Positions 13,981-30,832 of a DNA stretch of 64,000 bases are shown in pieces. Each line of letters opens with the position of its first letter. Position 1 is the first letter of the stretch. Under the pieces are notes generated by a model. It did no database searches, was not told the origin of the DNA, and saw only the letters and a program-made list of their open reading frames with translations. The translations under genes were made by a program, and so were the position numbers. Source of the stretch: the human T2T-CHM13v2.0 reference genome, Homo sapiens; the NCBI RefSeq assembly GCF_009914755.1, contig NC_060932.1; one strand, written 5' to 3'.

Positions 13981-16855
13981 AATTAATACATATTAAGTGT
14001 ACCTATTTATGAAGTATGTGTGATATTTTGATACATGCATACAATGAGCATGATCAAATCAGGGTATTTAAGATGTCCATCACCAAATACATTTATCATT
14101 TATATATGTGGGCAACATTTCTAATCATCTGGCTTTTTTAAAAAATGCAATAAACTATTGTTAAATATAGTCACCCTACTGCACTATCAAAAATTAAAAT
14201 GTATTTATTCTAACTGTATGTTTGTACCCATTAACCAAACTGTCTTCATCACCATCCCATGACCATCACCTTTCCCAGAATTTGGTAACCATCATTTTAC
14301 TTTCTACCACCAAGAGATGAACTTTTTTAGCTCCCACATATGAGTGAGAACATAGGATCATTTTCTTTGCCTGGCTTCTTGCACTTAGCATAATGATATC
14401 TAGTTCCTTCCATGTTCCTACAAATGACATAATTTTATTTTTTATGACTGAATGGTATTCCATTGTGTGTATATACTACATTTTCCTTATGCATCTATCA
14501 GTCAATGGACACTTACATTAATTCCATATCTAGGCTATAGTGAACAGTGTTGTGATAAACATGGGAGTGTAGCTATTCTTTTGACATACTGATTTCCTAT
14601 CCTTTGGATAAATAGCCAGTAGTAAGAATGTTAGATCATATAGTAGTTCTATTTTTAGTTTTGAGAAACCTCCATGCTGTTTTCAATAGTAGCTATACTG
14701 ATTTACATTTCCATCAATAGTGTATAAGAGTTTTGTTTTCTCCATGTCTCCATACAGGATGTCTTTTTTGATAATAGCCATTCTAACTGGCGTACCATGA
14801 TATCTCATCGTGGTTTTCATTTTTTCGTATACTTGTTGTCCATTTGTCTGCTTTTTTAAGATATGTCTATTAATATCCTTTGTCCATTTTTAATACTATT
14901 ATTATTTGCTGTTGAGTTGCTTGAATTTCTTCTGAATATTCTTGGGTATATTATGAATATTATTCTCTTGTCAGATGACTAAGTTTGCAGATATTTTCTT
15001 TCATTTTACAGGGTGTCTTGTTACTCTAACAATTGTTTCCTTTGCTATGCAGAGCTTTGTAGTTTAATATAGACCCATTTGTCTATTTTTGTTTTTGTTG
15101 CCTATGCTTTTGAAGTCTCAGCCATAAAACCTTTGCCCACATCAATGTCCTGAAGCATTGCCCCTATTTTTTCTTCTAGTAGTTTATAACTTGAAGTCTT
15201 AGGTTTAGATATGTAATGCATTTTGAGTTGAAATTTGTACATGGGAAGAGATAGGTGTCTGTTTTTCTTATTTGGCATATGGATATTCAATTTAGCTATC
15301 ACCACTTATTAAAGAGGCTGTCCTTTCCCCAGTGGACGCTTTTGGCACCTTTGTCAAAAATCAGTTGACTTAAATATGTGAATTTATTTCTGAAATTTCT
15401 ATTCAGTTCCATTAGTCTAAGTGTCTGTTTCTTTATGCCAATACTATGCTGTGTTAGTTATGATGCTTTGTAGCATATTTTGAACTCAGGCAGTGTGATG
15501 CCTCCAACTTTGTTCTTTCTTACCCAGTGTTGCTTTTGCTATTTGGGATCTTCTGTGGGTTCATAAATATTTTATGATTTTTTTTTTACTTCTTTGAAGA
15601 ATGTCATTATATTATGATAGGGATTGCATTTAATATATAGATTGTCTTGGGTAGTGTGGCCATTTTAACAATATTAATTTTTCTGATCCATGAGCATGGG
15701 ATGTCTTTTCATTTCTTTGTGTCCTCCTCAATATTTGTCATCAGCGTTTTATTATTTTCATTGTAGAGGTATTTTATCATTTTGGTTAGATTTATAACTA
15801 GGTATTTTATTATATATTTTATAACTATTGTAAAAAGGATAGCCACTTTGACTTACTTGTCATCTAGTTTATTATTGGGAAATAGAAATGGTTTTTGTCT
15901 GTTGATTTTCTCTCCTGCAACTTCACTAAATTATTCATCAGTCTTAAGAGATTTTTGACCTTTTCTATATGTAAGATAATGTCATATGCAAAAAGGAATA
16001 ATTCGACTTCTTCTATTCCAATTTGGATGCTTTTCTTTCTGTTGCTTAATTGTTCTGGCTAACTCAGTACTATGTTGAATAGGAGTGGTGAAAATGAGCA
16101 TCTGTGTCTTGTTAGAGTTCTTAGAGCAAAGGCTTTTAGCTTTTCCTCATGAAGTATGATGTAGCTGTGAATTTGTCATTACAAACTTTATTATGTTGAA
16201 CATATTTGTTCTATTTCTAATTTGTTGATAGTTTTTATTATAAAGTGATGCTCAAGTTTATCAAATGTTTTCTCTGTGTCTATTGAGATCATATTTTTTG
16301 TGCTTTATTCTATTGATGTGATGTATTACATTTATTGATTTGCATTTGTCGAAACATTCTTACATCCCTGAGATAAATCCCACTTGATCATGGTGCATTA
16401 CCATTTTGATGTGTTGTGGGATTCAGTTTACAGTATTTTGTTGAAGATTTTTGTGTCTATATTGATCAGGGTTATTGGCCTGTAGTTTTTATTTTCTGTT
16501 ATATCCTTCTCTGCTTTGGGTAGCAAGGTAATGTTGACTTCACAGAATGAGTTAGAAAATATTTCCTTCTTTTTAATTTTTGGAAATATGTTGAGTATTT
16601 TGTTCATTATTCTTTATAAGTTTGGTAGAATTCAGCAGTATAGTCATATTGTTCTAGGCTTTTCTTTTCTTGAAAGATTTATTATTACTGATTCAATCTT
16701 GATTATTGATCTGTTCAGGATTTCTATTTATCCTGGTTCAATCTGGGTAGGTTTCATTTGTCCTGGAATTTATGTTTTATCTAGGTTTTTTTCAATTTGT
16801 TATCATACAGTTATTTATAAGAGTCTCTAAGCATCCTTTTTAGTCTGTGATATTG
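13981..16855 (-). mobile_element. 5'-truncated L1MA-type LINE
   Basis: Antisense 3'UTR (GATATTTTGATACATGCATACAATG..GATCAAATCAGGGTA) followed by antisense ORF2; ORFs 14266-14463 and 15102-15305 are L1 ORF2-like. Confidence 0.9.
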
Positions 16856-18626
16856 GCTTCAGACAAGATTTCCATTTCTCTTCTATCCCAAAATTTTAGA
16901 TGGTTACCTATATAGTAATCTTTTATATGTGCTAACAAGTTATTTGATTGAATTAAGGCTTCACTTATGAAGCAACTATAGAAACAAAAATAGGATAATT
17001 TTCTATCATTATAAAGCATATATGTACTTTAGCAAACATGTACAACAGTTGTGAGTGTCATTGCCATTATAATGAGTTTTAAAACAAAGATGTCTAATCT
17101 CACAACTATAATTTATTCCTGTTTCAAATTTGAAAGCTTTATCTAAAGGAATCAGAAGATAAAACATGGGTTACAAAAATTAGAAAGGAGGAAATTTTTA
17201 TTAGTTACATGTTTTCTTGGGAGAAAGAACAAAAAAGCAACTTAAAATTATTAAAACTCTCCTCAGAATTTAGTACATTTTTCTTTCATTAAATAAATAT
17301 ACAAGAGTGAGGACTTAAGATGGCCAACTAGAAGCAGTGGCAATCAGAGGCTCTCATCAAAAATAACCATAACAACATGCGAGCCCTGCACCGGTAACTG
17401 AGGTATCCAGGTTCTGTCATCAGAACTGACTAGGCAGCTGGCATGACCCATGGAGAGGAAGGAAGAGCAGTGTGATGTGGCTGCCCACCTGAGAGCCACA
17501 TGGGGCAGGAGAACCCCCACCTCCCAGCCAAAAGAGGCAGTAAGTGAGCATGTTACCCTGACTGTGAAACTGTGTTCTCCACAGAACTGTACAACCCATG
17601 ATTGGAAGATCCCACTCATGAGCCCACACCCCTGGGGCCTAGGGTCCTAACCACAGAGCTGTGCAGATTCTCAACTAGAATCCATTCAGCTAGAACCTGC
17701 TTAAGCCTGCTGAGTTCCCAGGGGGAGGGTTGGCAAGCACCACAGCTGCAGCTGCCTGCTGTCTAAGCCTAAGCCTTTTGAGCTCCTTGGTGAGGGTCAA
17801 CAGCCAACACTAGGACTGCTAGCTGCCTAACACACTAAGCTCCCAGGGTCTGGGAAGGATGACAGCCATCTCTATAGCTTCAGGCTGTGCTTTTCCCCTG
17901 CTGAAGCCAGGGAGGCTGGACAGCCTGCTCCCAAGAGGTATTCCCCACAGCCCAATACACCGGCTGTGGCCGACTGTGGCCAGAGTGCCTCTTCAGGCCT
18001 GACCCTGGCCCATCCCTCCTCACAGGGTGGGACCTCCCTGCAGGAACTCCAACAACTCCAGCCAGAGGCTCAGGGACAGAACTCTGATCTCCCTGGGCCT
18101 GAGTCCCTAGGGGGAGGAGTGGCCACAGTTTCCATGGACCAGCAGACTTATTCTTTCCTCCTGTTAGTTCTGAGGAATCCAGGCCGCCCAGACGAGTGGG
18201 TTTCCCCCAGCAAACCACACCCCCTCCATCAAGGGACAGCCAAAGTGCTTTGGTAAATGGATCCTGCTCCCCGTACCACCCAACTGGGTGAGACCCTCCA
18301 ACAGGGGTTGTCAGACACCCTATACAGGAGTGTTCATACTGGCATCAGTTCAGTGCCACTCAAGGTCAAACTTCCCAAAGGAAGAAACAGGCACCCATCT
18401 TTGCTGTTCCCAGTCTCCTCAAGTGACCTCTCCAAGCGTGGGAGCAAAGCAGATGAATAGGGCCTGAAGTGAACCTGGCAAACCACAGAAGTCTTACAGA
18501 AGAGGGACCTGACCATTGAAAGAAAAACAAACAAAGAAACAACAGCAGCATCAACAAAGAGTCCCCACATGAACCTGATCCAAGGGTCAGCAGCCTCAAA
18601 GATCAAAACTAGACAAACTCGTAAAG

Positions 18627-19690
18627 ATGAGAAAAAAAAAAATCAATGAAAAAATGCTGAAAACCCAAAAGACCAAAGTACCTCTTCTCCTCCAAATGAT
18701 AGGAGTACCTCTCCAGCAAAGGTGCAGAACTGGATGGAGGATGAGGTGGAAGAATTGACAGAAGTAGCCTTCAGAAGGTGGGTAATAACAAATTCCACTG
18801 AGCTAAAGGAGCATGTTCTAACCCAATGCAAAGAAGCTAAAAACCTCGATAAAATGTTACAGGAGCTGCTAACTAGATAATCAGTTTAGAGAGGAAAATA
18901 AATGACATGATGGAGCTCAAAAACACCGCACGAGAACTTCATGAAGCATATACAAATATCAATAGCTGAATGGATCAAGCAAAAGAAAGGATTTTGGAGT
19001 TTGAAAACTGTCTTGCTGAAATAAGGAACGCAGACAGGAATGAATGAACAAAACCTCCAAGAAAGATGAGACTATGTAAAAAGACCAAACCTACAATTGA
19101 TTGGAATACCTGAAAGAGATGGGGAGAATGGAATCAAGTTGGAAAACACACTTCGGGATATTATCCCAGAGAACTTCCCCAACCTCGCAAGACTGGCCAA
19201 CATTCAAATCCAGGAAATACAGAGAACACCACTAAAATACCCCATGAGAAGATCAACCCCAAGGCACATAGTTATTAGATTTTTTTAAGGATGAAATGAA
19301 GGAAAAAAATGTTAAGGGCATCCAGAAAGAAAGGCTAGGTCACTCACAAAGGGAAGCCCATCAGACTAACACCAGATCCCTCATCAGGAACCCTACAAGC
19401 CAGAAGAGTAAGGGTCAATATTCAACATTCTTAAATAAAAGAATTTTCAACCCAAAATTTCATATTTAGCCAAACTAAGCTTCATAAGCAAAGGAGAAAG
19501 ATAATCCTTTTAAGACAAGCAAATGCTGATGGAGTTTTGTCACTACCAGACCTGCTTTGCAAGAGTTTCTGAAGGAAACACTAAATATGGAAAGGAAAAA
19601 GCAGCACCAACCACTGCAAAAACACACCAAAATATAAAGACCAATGACACTATGAAGAAACTGCATCAACTAGTATGTAAAATAACCAGA
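18627..19690 (+). pseudogene. L1 ORF1p remnant
   Basis: ORF 19097-19288 IGIPERDGENGIKLENTLRDIIPENFPNLAR is the L1 ORF1p RRM region; frame broken. Confidence 0.9.
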
Positions 19691-19700
19691 TGGCATCATG

Positions 19701-23281
<3,581 letters not shown>

Positions 23282-23559
23282 AAAATCAAACTGCATGTTC
23301 TCACTCATACATGGGAGTTGAACAATGAGAACACATGGACACAGGGAGGGGAATGACACACACTGGGGACTGCTAGGGGGTGGGAACGAGGAGAGTGAAC
23401 GTAGATGATGGGTTGATAGGTGCAGCAAACCAGCATGGCACACATAGACCTATGTAACAAACCTGCACATTCTGCGCATGCATCCCGGAACTTTAAGTAA
23501 AATAAAAATAAAAAATAAAAAATAGCATGCACAATTAAATTACATTGCAGAATATTTGC

Positions 23560-24250
23560 AAAAATTGTGTTAAAGCAATGTAAAGGGTACAATTTGTAAT
23601 AAAAATAACAATAATAAAACACCTTAACAAAAAATATTAAATAAGGCTTAATTTTTTTCTTTTGAAAAGACAAAAATTCATAGGAGAGTAGAAAAAAAAA
23701 AACTATGAATAAATGAAAAATTCGTAGTATGTTTCTGGATGCAAAACTCAAATATTGTAAAGATATTCAATCTCTTCTAGGTAATCTGTAAAATTAATCC
23801 AGTTTCAATCAAAATTCTACTGTCCACACATTGGATAATTAAATCCTTCTAAATATTAATCTTTTTACACATTCTGCAAAAGCCATTAAATCCAACATGG
23901 AGAGCATATAAAACCACTCATAACTTAATGGAACAAGAATACTAAAAATGTCAATACCATCTATGTAGGGAAATAGAAATTCTGAATCCATTATAGCCAG
24001 TGCTGGAATCCACATGAGAAATCAGGCAAAGAAAATGAAAGAGGGCAGTGATGTGCTACCAATAGCTGAAGCGAGGTAAAATTACATTTAGCAAAAGCAA
24101 CAATTCTGCCCTGTGTGAGGAAATGCTTGAAATAAATCAAAGACTGATTCTATCAGAAAATAGTTTAATGGAGAAACAAAGATAAAGCTTGAATGTTCAT
24201 AAAAACAGATAGGCCAGTCTTGCATGGCATTGTTTCTAAGAGGGGAGTGC
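23560..24250 (+). mobile_element. Ancient L1M ORF2 fragment
   Basis: TGAATAAATGAAAAA..TGTTTCTGGATG..CTCAAATATTGTAAAGAT..CAATCAAAATTC resembles diverged L1 ORF2. Confidence 0.5.
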
Positions 24251-24418
24251 TGACTTACAACAGAGAGGCAGCTTTTAGATACTTGGAAGTAAAAAAATAG
24301 AAAGAAGTAAGTGACAGAAGTTAATGATCTAACAGAAACAAAATAAAATAATAAAATCAGAAAATAAATCACCTCCCACAAAAAAAGCACAATTTATTAA
24401 AGAAACTGTAATTCACTA

Positions 24419-24865
24419 TATGGAAAGCAATTTTCCAAGTGTTTTTTACTTTTCTGTTTATATTTTTGAAAATAAGCAACTGATGGCTTTTCTTTTCTGA
24501 CTTTTTAAAGAAGGTTGCATAGCAAGCAACCTTGGAAGATGGAGAAAAATATCATCCTCTAAGAGATGGTTGGGTAGGCTTGTTTGAAGCCTGTTTTCAA
24601 AGACGTGGCTTTCCTAAGGTCTGGTTCCACAGGTGTTATACAAACCCACTGGATGCACAACACCCACCTGTACTCTTCAGTGTTACCCCAAGGGACCTGG
24701 AGAGGCAGTGAAACTGATGTGGCCATGAAGAATATGTTGCTTGGCTTTGTTTTCAGTAGTAAAATTTATTATTAAAGTATTCTACTAACATCTTTAAAAT
24801 TTTGGCAGACTTGATGGCTAATTTGCAAGTATTTTAAAATATCAGGTTTGAAACAGTTCTTAACA
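24419..24865 (+). mobile_element. LTR40-family solo LTR (ERV-L class)
   Basis: AGCAACCTTGGAAGAT, AACCCACTG and TTGCAAGTA..CAGTTCTTAACA motifs; perfect 5-bp TSD CACTA at 24414-24418 and 24866-24870. Confidence 0.8.
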
Positions 24866-25480
24866 CACTATGCATGGCAATAGAGATGTTTTGAACTAAA
24901 AATATAACTTGATATTGCTGGTCCTAAAACTGATACATGTGAAAAAGGAAGAGGATATTTTTACAAAGTTTCTATGAAAATAAAACAAAATGTAAATTAA
25001 TAGCAATAGAGATAATCCATTAAAACAACTGATAGACATTCACCAATAAACAACCACGAATCAAAAGAACATTGTATAGAAACACTTTATGTAAAAATAA
25101 GGTCGTATCATAAATTCAAAAAAATCACAATGGAAATATACTGGAGAGAAAGGAACTTGAGAAAATAAAGTTACAAAATTATTGCCAAACAAAGACAATA
25201 TGATATGCACATTAAGACAATGCATTTTTCTGAAAACCTAATGAGGGATTGAGAAAATAAATGAAAATTACGAAGGAAATAAAAATAAAATCAAAAGAAA
25301 GAAAGAGTTTTAAAAAAATTAGAAAGAAAATTATGTACACATAGAAGATAACCCTGAATTGCAAAGAGCTAAGAAAATGAAAAGAGGTATTCTATAACTG
25401 GCTTAACTTTAACTCGGAACATTTTCTAGTCAATAAATTTTTTAAGTATAAAACATTTAGAATCAACTCAATTAATTACC

Positions 25481-25885
25481 TGTCACAGGTTGAGTTCTGT
25501 AAGAACATGACTCTGAGAAAGACTCTAGATAGGTTTGAATGTACAGATGTATCTTTGAGAACAATACCTGTGAAAAAGAGGGAAAGTACTGGTTTGGAAA
25601 TACCTGTCAAGTGGTTTGGCTTCCATATTCCTCCATCAGTCACAAGATTGACCAGGGAAGGGTTAGCTTGAATGAGGAACAGTTGGGGCAATTCCTATGA
25701 GCTTGAATGAGGAACAGTTGGGGCAATTCCTATTAGCTTGAATGACGAGCAGCTGGGGCAGTTCCTAAGTGGTGAAGAGCTGAAGGCTGTTGCAACTCCA
25801 AGTTAGTGCATTCCAACCAAAGTGGAAAACAAGCCCTTCAATGAAGAGGAGCTGTAAATGGTGCATCATTAACTCTACTGTAACA
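25481..25885 (-). mobile_element. LTR16-family solo LTR
   Basis: TGTCACAGGTTGAGTTC..GACTCTGAGA is the reverse of the LTR16 3' end; far boundary approximate. Confidence 0.6.
25665..25769. repeat. 35-bp tandem repeat, 3 copies
   Basis: AGCTTGAATGAGGAACAGTTGGGGCAATTCCTATG at 25665, 25700 and 25735. Confidence 0.95.
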
Positions 25886-25924
25886 ACAAAATGTTTATTA
25901 TCTGATTAATATGTTTTCTCCCAA

Positions 25925-27206
25925 TCATTTTTAAGAAAAAAAATTTAAACATAGCAAAATTGAAAGATTTGGTAAATATTCATATACTGACCACACAAAT
26001 TTTATCATTTAAATTGTATTTTGCTGTTTTATTATATGTATAACTATTTTCCCATCTCTCTATTCATCTATTATCAGTATGCTTCCACCAAAACATTTTA
26101 CATGCATATTATTGGCTATATTATAATTTGGGGGGTTTATGTACAATTTACATAAAATGAAATATCCAAGTCCTGTGTGTCTTTTGCTGAGTTTTGATGA
26201 ACGCATATACACAAATAAACCCAAACCTCTAGCAGAATGTATAGAATTACTCTCAACCATGAAATTCCCTTCAGTTTTCTACCCAGTTAATTCCTGCACC
26301 TACCAACAAGAAACCACTGCCTTAGCTTTCCCACAATACTAAAGATGTTTGTATTCTAGAATTCCTATAAATTATATCTTACTATGCATATAGTGTAAGG
26401 CTATTTTCCCTTCAGTATAATGTTTTCGAGATTCATTGGTGTTGTGTGATTATTAGCAGTCTGTTACTTTTGTGTTGCAGAATACCGTTATATTTTAGGG
26501 TTAGAACAAGTTTATGAATGATTTTCCTATTGATAAAACCAGTCTTCGGCTTTCTGAATAAAGCTGCCAAGAAATTTCATGAGCAAGTTTTTTGTGAACA
26601 TATTTTCATTTCTCTTGGATTAATGCCTATAAGTACATTTGCAGGGCTAGAAGGGAGGTTTGTCTATTTATTTATTTATTTAGGCATTTTTCCAAAGTAA
26701 TTGTACCAATTTATATTCTGAAAATATTTGAGAATTCCATTTTTTCCATATGCTTGCCAATACTTGTAGTTGCCAGTCTTTTTAAGTTTAGACATTCTAC
26801 TGCCTGTGTAGTATTATCTTATCATGTTTTAATTTAAATGTTATTGTATGACCAACATTGTTGAGCATTTTTCTATGTGTTTACTGGTTTTTGATATATC
26901 TTCTTTTTGAGATAATTATTCAATTATTTACCTAATTTTACAGGTTTTCTTTATTACATTGTAAGACTTCCTTATATATCCTGGATACCTGCTTTCTGTC
27001 AGATATATACTTTGTGACTTTTTAAAACACCTATTTTCTGCTTATTTATTTCCATAATGAATTCTCAGATAAACAGAAAATTTAAATTTTGATGATTTTT
27101 GTTATCAATTTTTTGGGATTATTTACATGATAAGCCCAATAAAACATTTTTTACACTTAAGTCATGAGAGTCATCTATGTTTTTGTTTAAAAGTTATGGT
27201 TTTATC
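25925..27206 (-). mobile_element. Ancient L1M (L1ME/L1MC) 3' fragments
   Basis: Antisense 3'UTR/ORF2 motifs (GAGTTTTGATGAACG, TTCGAGATTCAT, GTTGAGCATTTTT, TATATATCCTGGATAC). Confidence 0.7.
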
Positions 27207-27645
27207 TGTCAACCTAAATAACAAACAGAGAACACTCTCTAAAAGAAAATGATGTTTGTTTGTGAATAGCCACTGTAATGGGAATACATCATAGTAAGCT
27301 ATTGTTATATTCAGAGAGATAAAAGAAGACAGAAGATTTTAAAGGAAAAATGAGGATTACATAATTGTTTTGAGATAATTATCTTTGGATGCAAGGATCA
27401 ATAACAAGGGTGGTGCTAGTCTAAAGTTGGATAAACTGTTGCTGGGCAGAGGTTTTCACAAAATTATTTTTTTTGTATGGAAAGTTGTCCTAGCTTTGTG
27501 CAAAGTTGTAAGTTTTTCAGTCTTTTGTGATAGCTCTTGTTATTAGGCATTCACCCATGAGAACTCTACCTTTATGTCCTTCCTTGGTTCTATTTGTCAG
27601 GGTGCTTAACACAAGTGACTTCATTTTGATTCTGATAATTTAACA
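27207..27645 (-). mobile_element. ERV1 (MER4-group) 3' LTR, LTR37-like
   Basis: TGTCAACCTAAATAACAAACAGAG...GTGACTTCATTTTGATTCTGATAATTTAACA; TG..CA termini; followed by reverse polypurine tract TTTTCTCCTTCTGATCA. Confidence 0.75.
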
Positions 27646-28760
27646 TTTTCTCCTTCTGATCACGATATTTACCCAAAAGTATCACTGATCAATCATCTTG
27701 TTGTTAGGTGTTGATTGTTCCTTGATGCTGGGATGGGTCTGTCTCATTTTGGTCTGGTTTCACAGGAGAGGCAAATGATTTGCAACTTTGCAGTCAATGT
27801 CAAAACCCTTTAGCCACATTTAAGCAACAAGGGAGGTTTGGAGAAAGTGACTTTCATAATAAGTTGATCTGGAGTCCATTGTTGTTTTTGTCTGTTTCAT
27901 AAACTGTTGGCTATCATCTCAAAGCGGTGGGCCAGCATTACTTTGTTAAGAGTTGTATTTCTGCAAAATTTTAACAAGTAACCAGTATAAAATTTACCAA
28001 AAAATTACAAATTAAAGTTAAGAGAAATATGACCATTTGGATAGTAGCTTTAAGCCACAAACCTAAGCTTGAAGACAACCAACTGAATGAGTCAAATGGA
28101 CATGGAAATTGGATAAAACTTGTAAACATGTGACTTGATTTTTTTCTTTTGTGTATATGGGTTTCAACTTTCTCAGAGGAATTTATCCAGATATAGAATG
28201 TATTATTAATAATAGCATAGCCATTTCCTTATTTCACCAATAGATAACACAAAGTAATTTTATTATCTAGTGTTCTATGACTGGATTAAATTAAAGCAGA
28301 GTGTGAGCAACAGTTGTACTAGAGATGTCAAAGTCACTGCTAGGTGGACTAAAGGATCTCCTAGGCCACGTCCTGTCGAGTTACCAGCAGAAGTTGCTGA
28401 TTGTAAAATTTTGATTATACCATTATCCTGCCAGCAGCATTAAGGGAGGTAAGAGTCTCATTATGATATCAAATCTTGTTTCCATGTCTTGGGGAAAGCT
28501 GATTATAGCGTAAAGCCACCAACTTTTCATCCTGGTTTACCATTTAAATGCCTCTGGTTATGGTATTGAGTAATTTGGTAAACTGTGTGACCCATATGCC
28601 AGACATGAAACTTGTCCCTTAAAACGTATACAATCTCAGCTTATAGGGCTTTAGGAACAGAGCAGCTCCCATTTTTAGTAATTTCACTGAAGAAAGTTGG
28701 ATTGGAAGAACCTAAAAGAATTCAATATCTAGTCTAGTCTACAGGTTGATCATAAAAACT
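27646..28760 (-). mobile_element. ERV1 non-coding internal 3' region attached to the LTR
   Basis: Directly follows the PPT; motifs resemble MER4-group internal sequence; far boundary uncertain. Confidence 0.55.
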
Positions 28761-29260
28761 GGACCTGAAATGGGAGCAGGAGTGAAGCCGACTGATGCAC
28801 TTCTGGAGAACCACCTCTGGAGCTCCTTTGAACCATTTGAGTTCCACTAATGTAGAAATGGAACTGAGTGACCTAGAACAACTTTTCAACACAGATATAA
28901 TTTTACATTATTATTTTTGTACATAGGGTCCTATATGGTGATAGGCAAGTTCTAGGAACAAGACAATAGGCATTTGGAGGAGGTGATCAAGGTCATACGA
29001 TCCTGCTATAGGTCTCTTCAGGTTTATTGCTTTTATAATGTTCAGGGGTGATTATGCAAATCTTTGACAATCATGGCTCTCAAATTACTGCTTTTTGGTG
29101 AGGCATAATTGCATGAAAACTGCAAAACTTAAGTGATTAAAGACATTCTTTCCTATAACAGAGATGAACAAGGAGCCAAATTAGAATCTGAAAATGTACT
29201 GCTATAGAGAGTGTAGAGTTAGAGCAAAAGAAATATAAATGCTCTAACCAAACTCTTTTA

Positions 29261-29765
29261 AATTTGTTTAAATTCCTTATAGATGCTGGATATTAGACCT
29301 TTATCAGAGTTCATTGCAGCACTGTTCACAATAGCAAAGACATGGAATTAACCTAAATGTCCATTAATGGCAGACTGAATAAAGGAAATACAGCATATAT
29401 ACAACGTGGAATACTATGCAGCCATAAAAACAATGAGATCATGTCCTATGGAGGGACATGGACAGAGCTGGAGACCATTATCCTTAGCAAACTAATGCAG
29501 GAACAGGAAAACACATAATGCAATTTCTCACTTATAAGTGGGAGCTAAATGATGAGAACACATGGACACAGAGAGGGGAACAACAGACACTGGGTACTAA
29601 TGGTAGAGGGTGGGAGGAGGGAGAGGATCAGGAAAAATAACTTATCGGTAATATGCTTAATATCTGGATGACAAAATAATCTTCACAGCAAACCCTCAAT
29701 GACACAAGTTTAACTATATAACAAAGCTACACATGTACCCTTGAACTTAAAATAATTTTTTTAAA
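29261..29765 (+). mobile_element. Short L1 (L1PA13-16 type) with 5' inversion
   Basis: 29261-29308 is antisense ORF2 (TTCCTTATAGATGCTGGATATTAGACCTTT); 29309 onward is the sense 3' end (GGGAGAGGATCAGGAAAAATAAC..CATGTACCCTTGAACTTAAAA). Confidence 0.88.
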
Positions 29766-29982
29766 GACAAGACAAAAAAAAAGTCTTTAGGCTAAACTTA
29801 ACAGAGACTATTTGTTTTATTACAGTGAAAATCTTTTCAGGGGAATAAAGTTTTTGAAATTTGAGTTAGGCTCCCACTTGGTCAGTGCTCAATGAATACT
29901 AATTAATTTCTGCCTTTAATAGTCAAAATTGTATCATCTTTAGATGGCAAGTTAATGTCTTTTTCTGTATCTTCACATATGC

Positions 29983-30400
29983 TGTATTAGTTTGGTAGGG
30001 CTGCTGTCATAAATTGCTACAAACTTGATGACTTAAAGCAACGGAGATTTATTTTCTCACAGTTCTCAAGGCAAGAAGTTTAAAATCACTGTTGGAAGGG
30101 TTATGCTCTTTCTTTGAAGGCCCTAGGAAAAATTTCTTCCCTTCTTTTCCTAGGTTGTCATGATTGTTGTCAATATATGTCTCTCTCTCTTTTCAAATGA
30201 CATGATTCTCTCTGTGTCTGTGTCTCCGTGTCTACATTTCCCTCTTCTTATAAAGATACAAGTCATGTTGAATTTAGGGCTCACCATAATGCAGTATGAT
30301 CTCATCGAAACTTGATTACATCTGCAAAGGCCTTATTTCCAAATATGACTCTATTCAGTGGGCATGAATTGGGAGTTGGGTATTGAGTAAATCCAGGATA
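29983..30400 (-). mobile_element. MLT1 (MLT1B/C-like) MaLR solo LTR
   Basis: TGTATTAGTTTGGTAGGGCTGC..TTTATTTTCTCACAGTTCT..GATTACATCTGCAAAG. Confidence 0.85.
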
Positions 30401-30521
30401 TATTGCTATCACATTGTCTAGTCAAGCTTTAATGCATGTTCAAATACTGTTATTTTGCCTCTATAGTAATTCAAGACAACTTTTCAGCCACCAAGTTCCA
30501 CGTTGTTTTGAATGTGCATGT

Positions 30522-30832
30522 GTTTGTTTATTTATTTACTTATTTGTAGAGATAGGGTCTCACTCTGTTGCCCAGGCTGCATTGCAGTGGTGTGATCTTG
30601 GCTCACTGCAACCTCCGCCTCCTGGGTTCAAGCAATTCTCCTGGCTCAACCTCCTGAGTAGCTGGGACTAAAGGCACACACTGCCATGCCCGGCTAATTT
30701 CTTTTCTATTTTAGTAGAGATGGCTTTTCACCATGTTCCCCATGCTGGTTTCAAATTCCTAAGCTGAGGCAATCTGCCCGCCTCAGCCTCCCAAAGTGCT
30801 AGGATTACAGGCGTGAGCCACTGTGCCCGGCC
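30522..30832 (-). mobile_element. Alu (AluS)
   Basis: (TTTA)n tail then antisense dimer ending GTGAGCCACTGTGCCCGGCC. Confidence 0.95.

Noticed and set aside
17290-17307. TSD for the full-length L1 (AAATAAATATACAA vs AAATAGCATGCACAA)
   Set aside because: Too many mismatches in A-rich DNA to be convincing
23305-24390. Hydrophobic F/L/I-rich ORFs as membrane proteins (also 38721-38945 and 42724-43372)
   Set aside because: Artefact of translating T-rich antisense L1 and low-complexity DNA
25665-25769. CRISPR-like array (35-bp repeats)
   Set aside because: Head-to-tail copies with no spacers, in primate DNA with no cas genes; the same applies to 51069-51152
25481-25885. Missing 3' LTR of the HERV16-like provirus starting at 1338
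   Set aside because: Opposite orientation and no adjacent internal sequence
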